From assembly GCA_973851085.1 (NCBI GenBank), contig OZ316776.1, positions 10,664,001-10,728,000 of the forward strand: a stretch of 64,000 nucleotides of DNA. The letters are read 5' to 3'. Under the pieces are notes generated by a model that was not told where the DNA came from, made no database searches, and worked only from the letters and a program-made list of their open reading frames with translations. The stretch is from Ptychomitrium polyphyllum (taxonomy: Eukaryota). Of this stretch, positions 55,500 through 64,000 are shown piece after piece. The position numbers and the translations under genes are program-made. Each line of letters starts with the position of its first letter. Position 1 is the first letter of the stretch.

Positions 55500-57500
55500 C
55501 TCTTCCACATCTTTATTTGCTTCCACTGGTTTGTTCCCATTTTAATGAAACAACTCATTCAAACCTTTGTTTGCCCCGCTTAATTGATCCACATCTAAAT
55601 GAAACAACTCATCTACACCTTTGTTTGCCCCGCCTAGTATGTCCAGATTTGAATGAAACAACTCATCTACATCTTTGTTTGCCCTACTTGATTGATCCAC
55701 ATGTGAATGAAACAACTCATCCAGACCTTTGTTTGCCCCGCTTAGTTGATCCACATTGAATGAAACAACTCGTCTACACCTTTGTTTGACACGCTTGGTT
55801 GATCCACACCTGAATGAAACAACTCGTCTACATCTTTGTTTGACACGCTTGGTTGATCCACATCTGAATGATACAACTCATCTACACCTTCATTTGACAC
55901 GCTTGGTAGATCCACACTTGAATGAAACAACTCATCTACACCTTTGTTTGACACGCTTCGTTGATCTACACCTGAATGAAACAACTCATCTACATCTTTG
56001 TTTGCCCCGCCTAGTTTGTCCTCATTCAAATGAAACAACTCATCCACATCTTTGTTTGCCCAGCTTGATTGATCCACACCTGAATGAAACAACTCATCTA
56101 GACCTTTGTTTGCCCCACTTAGTTGATCCACATCTGAATGAAACAACTCGTCTACACCTTTGTTTGACACGCTTGGTTGATCCACACCTGAATGAAACAA
56201 CTCGTCTACATCTTTGTTTGACACGCTTGGTTGATCCACATCTGAATGAAACAACTCGTCTACACCTTTGTTTGACACGCTTGGTTGATCCACACCTGAA
56301 TGAAACAACTCATCTATGCCTTTGTTTGTCCTACATGGTTGGTCTACATCTGAATGAAACAACCCATCCACACATTTCTTTGCCTCGCCTGATTTGTCCA
56401 CATTTGAATGAAACAACTCATCCACACCTTTGTTTGCCACGCTTGGTTGGTCCACATTTGAATGAAAGAACTCATCCTCACCTTTGTTTGTCCCGCCTAG
56501 TTTGTCTACATTTGAATGAAATAACCCACCCACACCTTTGTTTGCCCTGCTTGGTTGATCCACATCTAAATGAAACAACTCATCCATACCTTTGTGTGTC
56601 CCACCTCGATTATCTACATCTGAATGAAAGTGCTCATCTACACCTTTGTTTGACACGCTTGGTTGATCCCCATCTGAATGAAACAACTCATCTACACCTT
56701 CGTTTGACACGCTTGGTTGATCCACATCTGAATGAAACAACTCATCTACACCTTTGTTTGACACGCTTGGTTGATCCACACCTGAATGAAACAACTCATC
56801 CATGTCTTTGTTTGTCCTACATGGTTGGTCTACATCTGAATGAAACAACCCATCCACACATTTCTTTGCCTCGCCTGATTTGTCCACATTTGAATGAAAC
56901 AACTCATCCACACCTTTGTTTGCCACGCTTGATTGGTCCACATTTGAATGAAAGAACTCATCCTCACCTTTGTTTGTCCCGCCTAGTTTGTCTACATTTG
57001 AATGAAATAACCCACCTACACCTTTGTTTGCCCTGCTTGGTTGATCCACATCTAAATGAAACAACTCATCCATACCTTTGTGTGTCCCACCTCGATTATC
57101 TACATCTGAATGAAAGTGCTCATCTACACCTTTGTTTGACACGCTTGGTTGATCCCCATCTGAATGAAACAACTCATCCACACCTTTGTTTGCCACGCTT
57201 GATTGGTCCACATTTGAATGAAAGAACTCATCCTCACCTTTGTTTGTCCCGCCTAGTTTGTCTACATTTGAATGAAATAACCCACCTACACCTTTGTTTG
57301 CCCTGCTTGGTTGATCCACATCTAAATGAAACAACTCATCCATACCTTTGTGTGTCCCACCTCGATTATCTACATCTGAATGAAAGTGCTCATCTACATC
57401 TTTGTTTGCCCAGCTTGATTGATCCACATCTAAATGAAACAACTCATGTACACCTTTGTTTGCCCCGCTTTGTTTATCCCCATCCGAATGAAACAACACA
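55500..57500. repeat. Coding minisatellite, ~37 x 54 bp
   Basis: Unit ~TGAATGAAACAACTCATCTACACCTTTGTTTGACACGCTTGGTTGATCCACATC. The AATGA core recurs every 54 bp from 55544 to 57487, with one 53-bp unit near 55756. Confidence 0.97.
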
Positions 57501-58768
57501 TGTTCGGCCCCCATTGCCCACACCCCAAAGCTTGGTTCAAAGGCATACCCAACAGGGTTCAGACTGTGAAACATGATTCCACTCTCCGGGTCAGGTGCAG
57601 GCAATACTTCAGGATTTTCAACCACTACAGGGTCGTTCCGCATATCGTACAACACCCCTGTCTTCTCTATTGTGTTGAATATGCACAGCTTGTTCTCCCC
57701 CACCGGCACACATGTGTACTCGGGATACACCAACAAAGCTTTGTTTCCCTGCCTCTGCCGTGTCACCACTCTCGTCCACGAGAACCCCTCTGACCTGCTG
57801 TCCAACTCCAGCCTGTCGATGCAGTGTGTCACGTTTCTCCCGGCCTCCTGTTCTGAAAACAGGTAGATCTTGCCGCTGCACTCCACCAGCTGAGTGATGG
57901 CCACATGAACCGTCAGTGCAGTGTCCGTAACCGCATGTACCTGGTGGAAAGGGCAGATCCAATCTTCGCGCCACTTGCGCTTGTCCACATCGAACGCCAG
58001 GATGCCCTTGCTGCCGTTCACCAGGAACCCGACACAAAGCAGCAACTTCGAGCTCTCACAGTACACGCCATTCTGGTAGTCGTTCAGCGAGAAGTCTGCC
58101 CCAGGGACATCTCCGGCGGCTTCCCACTCTCCCGTAGCAGAGTCGAACACATCTGTCTTCCTCGACAGGCTCTCCGTGCCCATCGCAGCACTACCAATGG
58201 CGATCACCAGAAAGCTTGAGGTAACGATGTCGTTTTTTACAGTCAGTGTCACATGCACGCTCAACAGGACGGGATGACGTGAGAGTTCCAGAGGAGGAAG
58301 TTCACATGTCTCTTCGGTCAAAACGTTGCATACATACAGTTTCTCTGCTTCGAGGGCCTTACCCACATTCACACACAACAGGCCCTTGTTTCCAGCGACG
58401 AGGAAGTCCTTGAACAAATCCGGATCCGGCGGGGGAATTGGTTTCCTGAATGGTGGGAGCTTTCTCCACCTGAGTTCCTGGTAATCAAACCCCCTCAAGT
58501 ACCAAGTTCCTGCTTCCGCATAGAACACGACAGGACTCAGAGAGCACTCTGTCACACGACGACGAGCTCGTGCTTGTCGGAATGTTCCACGTCTATTGGC
58601 GTGAAAAAAACTTTTGGATACAAGTTGGACCTCGAATATCTCTCGTAGAGGCAAGAGAGCGAGGATCGCATCCACAACCTCTGGAGGTAAAGAGCTCCAA
58701 TTCGCACTCCGGGTCAGGAGTTGTTCTTCGATGTTGTTCCCTAGCACATCGCCGCTTCCCATGCTCAT
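55742..58768 (-). CDS. Intronless F-box/kelch-like protein with long C-terminal 18-aa repeat tail
   Basis: F-box (WSSLPPEVVDAILALLP..EIF....VSKSF), then kelch/beta-propeller-like blocks (GLLCV, YVCNVLT....ELPP, VFDSATGEW, ILAFDV..RKW, LVECSGKIY, FEPS), then ~33 in-frame repeats of ELFHSDVDQPSVSNKGVD. First ATG at 58768; the ORF-track start at 58807 is GTG. Confidence 0.85.
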   Translation of the reverse strand: MSMGSGDVLGNNIEEQLLTRSANWSSLPPEVVDAILALLPLREIFEVQLVSKSFFHANRRGTFRQARARRRVTECSLSPVVFYAEAGTWYLRGFDYQELRWRKLPPFRKPIPPPDPDLFKDFLVAGNKGLLCVNVGKALEAEKLYVCNVLTEETCELPPLELSRHPVLLSVHVTLTVKNDIVTSSFLVIAIGSAAMGTESLSRKTDVFDSATGEWEAAGDVPGADFSLNDYQNGVYCESSKLLLCVGFLVNGSKGILAFDVDKRKWREDWICPFHQVHAVTDTALTVHVAITQLVECSGKIYLFSEQEAGRNVTHCIDRLELDSRSEGFSWTRVVTRQRQGNKALLVYPEYTCVPVGENKLCIFNTIEKTGVLYDMRNDPVVVENPEVLPAPDPESGIMFHSLNPVGYAFEPSFGVWAMGAEHVLFHSDGDKQSGANKGVHELFHLDVDQSSWANKDVDEHFHSDVDNRGGTHKGMDELFHLDVDQPSRANKGVGGLFHSNVDKLGGTNKGEDEFFHSNVDQSSVANKGVDELFHSDGDQPSVSNKGVDEHFHSDVDNRGGTHKGMDELFHLDVDQPSRANKGVGGLFHSNVDKLGGTNKGEDEFFHSNVDQSSVANKGVDELFHSNVDKSGEAKKCVDGLFHSDVDQPCRTNKDMDELFHSGVDQPSVSNKGVDELFHSDVDQPSVSNEGVDELFHSDGDQPSVSNKGVDEHFHSDVDNRGGTHKGMDELFHLDVDQPSRANKGVGGLFHSNVDKLGGTNKGEDEFFHSNVDQPSVANKGVDELFHSNVDKSGEAKKCVDGLFHSDVDQPCRTNKGIDELFHSGVDQPSVSNKGVDELFHSDVDQPSVSNKDVDELFHSGVDQPSVSNKGVDELFHSDVDQLSGANKGLDELFHSGVDQSSWANKDVDELFHLNEDKLGGANKDVDELFHSGVDQRSVSNKGVDELFHSSVDLPSVSNEGVDELYHSDVDQPSVSNKDVDELFHSGVDQPSVSNKGVDELFHSMWIN

Positions 58769-59197
58769 CCTCAGAAGTGAACTTGTCCCACCAAATTTCG
58801 CACTCACGAGGGTATCACACTCTCACAATCTGGGACAAGCTGATATGGTCGAACACTTCTATCCTCATGTGGTGAGAATCATTGGTACACCCTGATAGGT
58901 GCCAGCGTGCAAGCTCCTTCAACTTCCCAACGTGCTGTGGAAGTTGCTGCAAAAGTTGCTGCAAGGATGTACTAAACGACAGCTACGTGAAAATTGGAAA
59001 CTTTTCTTCAGAGTTGAATCAACCATGAAAGGCCTAAATACTTGAAAGTTGTCATTTTAGAGTTGGAGAGGAAACTTGATGATTGATCGTAAGACCCAAT
59101 GAGCCTTGAGAGCAAGCAGATTTGAAGTTGAGGTGCTTGAAGGTTGTGTAAGCTTTGAGAAATGGTATTGTTAAGGAACGACGTTCTTTGCGTGGCC
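58138..59197 (-). repeat. Right arm of 1060-bp inverted duplication (partner 31111-32170)
   Basis: Covers ~430 bp of upstream sequence and the first ~630 coding bp of the F-box gene. Confidence 0.97.
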
Positions 59198-62100
59198 TAA
59201 AGGGTCCAAATGCGTAAGGCCCTTGCAGTGAATAATAAAATACTTCTATCTCAGGTAATGAAAACTATTGACAAACCTTGCAGACACACAGGGATTGAAA
59301 CTTGTCAAGCTGTCTTTAGGGATTAATTCATTCAGGACGATTGGTTAATGGTTTTGCGATTCTAGTGGGATTATCATTACTATTTTCTAGCTTGTAGCAA
59401 TGTCTTATAAACTCTATGACAAGTGAAACAGAGCTCCAAATCATGGGGGCCCGAGCTTACAGAGATTATTGGCTTGTAGAAGGTCCGGTCGATTCCCCAT
59501 CGTGTCCGATTCATCTGAGAGCTTCTAGAAGTTGGCACGAACTTGCTGCAGAGTCCCTGAAACAGTAAATCAAGCCAGTGAGTACAAATGCAAGATGCCC
59601 TAAACGCCTCAAACAATGGGTGGACCATACAGGACACGGTAATCAGAATCAGTGTGGCCATTAAAAGTACAGACCCAAGTTCCACAACCTGCTGCCCGAG
59701 CTGGTCGCCGTCTAGCACTGGGCAGTATGAGAGGCCCTCAGGGAGTCGTAGTCCCCCACAAGACCTCTCTGCCAAGGCCTCTTTCATTGTACGCTTTCCG
59801 CGTTCATGATTCTTTAAATATATTCAGACAACTGGAGTCGGAGCAGAATCGTGGCTTCTGAAGAAGGCCAATCCCATCGCTCAATGCATGGGCTTTGAAT
59901 GCAAAGTATTAGCAGGTACGTAATTTCCAGCTGTTGCCACTGCCATGCTTGATAAACTACTTGGCCCCACAAGCCCATACTGTATACAGACAAATCTGCC
60001 CGGCCCGGAAATCAAGGGGCTGTGATCCATTTACAACCCCGAAAGGTGTGGACTTTGTGTAGCGTGTGTAGCGTGTGTCATAATCACGTCTTGATGCACC
60101 CTGATTGCTCACATATTGAAAACATCTGACATCTTAAAATGTTAGACATTCGCTGGACGCCACCTTGGACAAATAGTTGGACATCCAGAAACGTTGACTC
60201 CTACCAGTGTAAGGCTTTCTTTAGAGGGCCGCGTCCCACGTTCCGTGAGAGACGGAACAAGCGGATTTTGCCAAAACATAAGCCACAAGAGATGATGCAA
60301 AAGCCATCGAAATAATCAGTATTTAAGTGACTTCCCTTATGGATCAACACTTGGGTCGTTACTCCGAAAGCAATCAAGGGAGAAAATGTTCTCATAATGA
60401 TAAATGCCATGTTGGCAGCCAAGTCAAATTTTTATCCATTTTTTGAAGTGCTTTTTCCAAGGTCAACATTATAAGGTGTAAAGCCTTCAAATAGAACCTG
60501 AAAATTTTGTCCAACCATACAACTAAAATTTTATTGATATAATAAAGACCTTTCTTCCAGGCAAAAAATAATGGAGAGTGGCCTTGAGTATTTTTCAAAT
60601 TGTATGCCTTTTATAATAGTATCTATGTTAGAATTAGAATTATCACAAAAAATGATGAATTTAGTTGTACAGTTTAAAACTTAATTAGTATTTTTTATTT
60701 TGTAGAATTTGATTTATTGTATTTGAAAAAGAGTATTAGAAAAAAAAAGAAATAATTGAATAAAAAAAGTTATGGTGAAACAACAATTTTTATTTGTCTT
60801 GGAAGTGGAATTGTATTTTGTCTTAGTTCATGGTAAATAGGTTGATTGACTGCAGTATTTTCTTGCTTGCCATTTTTACTAGCAGTACCAAGTCAAATGT
60901 TACTGCTCTATTCAATGAACCCGACAAAAATTGAACTTAGGTCGATTTAGCAGTTATAACTTCTATAATCAACCAACTTCTTGACTTGGTATCTAATTCT
61001 ACCTCAATGAAAGAATTATTTTTAGCTTGTTTTTCATTGAATTCTAATTTTTTTAAATTTTTATTATTATTATTTTTAGTTTTTATTTCCTATTTTAAGT
61101 TTGTGAAGTTTGATTTTGTCTTTTTTTGTATTTTGAATCTAGAAGTTTCAACTAAAAAATAAATAAAATTAATTAAAAAAAATAAAAAAAAATTAAAATA
61201 ATTTTTATTGTAGTTTTTTTGAAGATATGTTTAGATAAAGGCTTCTTAAAGGAGAATAGGAACTAATGTAAAGAAATAGGGTTGATGTGGAGTAATAAAG
61301 GGTGGATGTGATGGTTCGACCACTGCCTTTTTTTTTTTGCTTTTGATTTTTCTTACTTGTATAAGAAAACAACCCTTCTTTTTATAATATGATATTATAT
61401 ACTTTTTAATTTGAGTTGATTTTTGTTAGGTTTTTTTCTTCTCTTGTGAATTTTTTAAAAAGCCATCACACATTCCATTTGGAATTAGATTTTTATAAGA
61501 AAAAATATACGGAAAAATACAATCGGGGTTTGAGGATAGTATACATCAGAGTTTGGAGTTATATGTTTTAAACCATTAGAGATGATTGAAAGACTTTTAA
61601 AGTTGATATTTTTATGAAATGTTTATTGTGGATAAAGTTTGAAGTTTAAATTTATTATAAAAAAAGAGTTATAGAGCGATGAAGTAAGAGAAGTCAAAGA
61701 GCTATGATAAAAAGAATGAAGCTTTTAAAGATATAATTCTTGACAATTATTTGAACTACAATAAAGAAATTTTGAGGGTTGTACTTAAAGAATCATGTGC
61801 TTATATTATTAAAATCTTAAGAGCATAAGACCTTTGAATTTGAAGATATAAACAAAAACATAATTCGGGTTTAAAAGTAAAAAGAAATAGAATTATTGAT
61901 GAAGACTTGGATTCCTTGGAGATGGGAAAAAGAAGAGTTGAAAAGTAGAAATTAAAGATGCACAAATAGCTAATAAAAAATTGGAAGTTGTAGTTTTCAT
62001 TATAAAATAAAAATTGCAAAAACCTTGCACTTGATTAGCTGGATGCAAAAAAACCTAGCGTTTTGTATAGCAACCACTTTCACCACAAAAGTGGTCAAAA

Positions 62101-62672
62101 TGCACTTCTATAAAATTGTCCTTTATATCAGTATATTATACTTGAATTGAATATAATACAAAGAGGGTATTTGTAAAAGAAATCTTTATATGTTTCAATC
62201 TAATTCATATGTAGAAAAAACATTCAAACAAATATTACACATTAAGGTTGTTTTATTAAACGGACATGGTGCAAAAGTGATATTTTACAAATAAATGGGC
62301 GGACAAATTTACCTCAATTTATAGAGCCAATAAGTACATTTAAAACAAAAAATTCTTTTGATTCTTTTAAATTACAATTTAAATCTAATTACCAATTTTT
62401 TTGTAACATGATAGAAAGAACTATGGCGTAGAATTCCATGAAAAAAAGGCATGTGCATACAAAGAGGCAAAACATGCATAAAACTTCCATGATTTTGAGC
62501 ACTCTCTATTAAATTTATGTGCAAGCCTTATTTGATAGATGAAAGCTCTTTGGAATTATAAATTAATTTTTTGAAAAGCAAATATTTAAATGAATATTGA
62601 ATAAATATGTATATACATTCCATACTTCTTCATGCCCTAGTACATGCTTGCTTCTTTGTAGGTGAAATCTTT

Positions 62673-63390
62673 TGTTAAGGACAGAAAAAAAAAAAAAGTA
62701 AAATAAAGAGTTTTCAAAGAATTATCTTCTAAAGAGCTAGTGATTAAGAAGAATGGATATGAAGACTTAAACAAGACATGAAACAATATAATCTATAACT
62801 TGTATTGGCAGAACTAAGGTATTCTTTATCTTGCCTTCTATTTTTATTATGACGCTTATATTTTTAGGATGTTTTTAAAAAAGCATTCTATGATGCTTAC
62901 GAATGTTTTAGAAGTCTACAAAACCTATTCAAGAATCTTCTCAAGGTGGTAGAATCATTTTAGATGGTTTCCTAAGGCAATAAAACCTTCTAAAGAAAGT
63001 TTTTAAGGCTGTGAAAACTTCCTATGAAGTTTCTCAAGGAAATGGAACAACTATGGAAGCATTAAAAGTATGCTAAAAAATTACTACAATTTACTAGAAA
63101 TATTCTAAAAAGTTTTAAAGACTATGTAGCATCATTCATGTTTGTGACATTACTTCTTCTTTAGCAATGAGTTCCATGAGGAACTCATATTCTTGCTTGC
63201 TTGTAACATCTTCACAAATTCCTAAATTTGTTATATAAAAAAAACACAACATATTCTATTTATTGTTTTTTGCTCACTATTTCTTTTAATCTTTACAAGA
63301 AGCACCGGTGACCATTAGCCAAAACTTCTATTGCTGAAATGTCATAGCCTAAGATTTGATCTTAATTTGATCCTTTAAAACATCCTTTAT
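62673..63390 (-). mobile_element. Decayed copy of the chromovirus: 3' LTR (62673-63149) plus adjacent internal sequence
   Basis: TGTTAAGG..GTGACA LTR homologous to 49953-50596. 63150-63390 is homologous to 44560-44797 (PPT and extra-ORF end). Confidence 0.85.
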
Positions 63391-63412
63391 ATTGCGCACA
63401 TCTTTTTGAGGA

Positions 63413-64000
63413 TGTTACGGACAGAATAATCACAAGACAAGGCTCCAGGATTCCAGAATGTAGAACAAGATAAGTCCAAGTATATTAGAGGTATAGAACT
63501 ACATTAAGGTATAAAAGACAAAGCCGAAAGGTCTAAACTAAACCACAAGAGATGCGTTGTTTAGACTGAAGAGCTTTTCAGCCTTGACTCCTATATATAC
63601 TAAAACTACAAGTTTTGGAAGCTTCTTAAGAAGCTTCCCCTACATTGCTTTGTACTCAAGCAACCTTGAGCTGCTTCCGTGGAAGCTTCCTAAGTCAAGG
63701 CAACTTCCTTGGAAGCTTCCTAAGTCCAAGGAAAATTCCATAGAAGCTTCCTAAGCCTAAAGGTAACTTCTTTAGAAACTACCTAGGCCTAAGATAACTT
63801 CCTTAGAAGCTTCTTAAACCTTCTAAGAACCTGTCTAGATGCTTCTAATATGTATGTCCATGACATCACCTGTCCTTCTAGCTTTAAGGTCTCCAAAGAG
63901 TAAAAAATGCTTAAAGTCGTAGAAAATCAAAAATTTGCTGCATGATATCTGCAACATACTACAATTACCTTTCTTGATTCAAATGGTCCATAGGTCCTTG
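63413..64000 (-). mobile_element. 3' LTR (63413-63865) of the second gypsy family; element runs off the window
   Basis: TGTTAC..ATGACA with internal ~22-bp CTTCCTTGGAAGCTTCCTAAG repeats, followed by a PPT-like TCACCTGTCCTTC. Homologous to 50597-50914. Confidence 0.8.

Noticed and set aside
55500..57500. CRISPR array
   Set aside because: Units are contiguous and similar along their whole length with no unique spacers; no cas genes; eukaryotic context.
55742..57500. EF-hand calls for the ELF..DxD...DE repeats
   Set aside because: Spacing does not fit the 12-residue loop (no Gly6, Glu not at position 12) and an 18-aa period is too short for helix-loop-helix.
31111..59197. Terminal inverted repeats of a giant DNA transposon
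   Set aside because: The arms are F-box gene sequence, there is no TSD at the outer ends, and no transposase is seen inside.
59380..59861. ORFs upstream of the F-box gene
   Set aside because: No recognisable product; may be leader or promoter sequence.
60392..60598. Ankyrin-like NTQGHSPLFFAWKKG..INKILV peptide on the - strand
   Set aside because: Single weak motif in AT-rich DNA, no second clear repeat, no gene structure.

Overview
Eukaryotic plant genomic DNA. Intron style, gene set and retrotransposon types suggest a moss such as Physcomitrium patens (inferred, not verified). The left 30 kb is gene-rich with five spliced genes: type II peroxiredoxin (+), PKP4-like plastid pyruvate kinase (-), RUVBL2/TIP49b (-), exocyst EXO84 (-) and MTA/SAH nucleosidase (+). 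The right half is a rearranged F-box/TE locus. It holds a decayed NB-ARC (NLR) fragment fused to a truncated, near-identical 1060-bp inverted copy of an F-box/kelch-like gene whose full copy lies 26 kb away. The full copy ends in about 37 copies of a 54-bp (18-aa) repeat with higher-order structure. Between the two copies are an older F-box remnant and a multi-level nest of LTR retrotransposons. One is a Ty3/gypsy chromovirus with a self-priming signature, a -1 frameshift signal and an extra ORF after pol. Inserted in its 3' LTR is a Ty1/copia element with a half-tRNA(iMet) primer site and TG..TA ends. Exon boundaries and alignments were read by eye.
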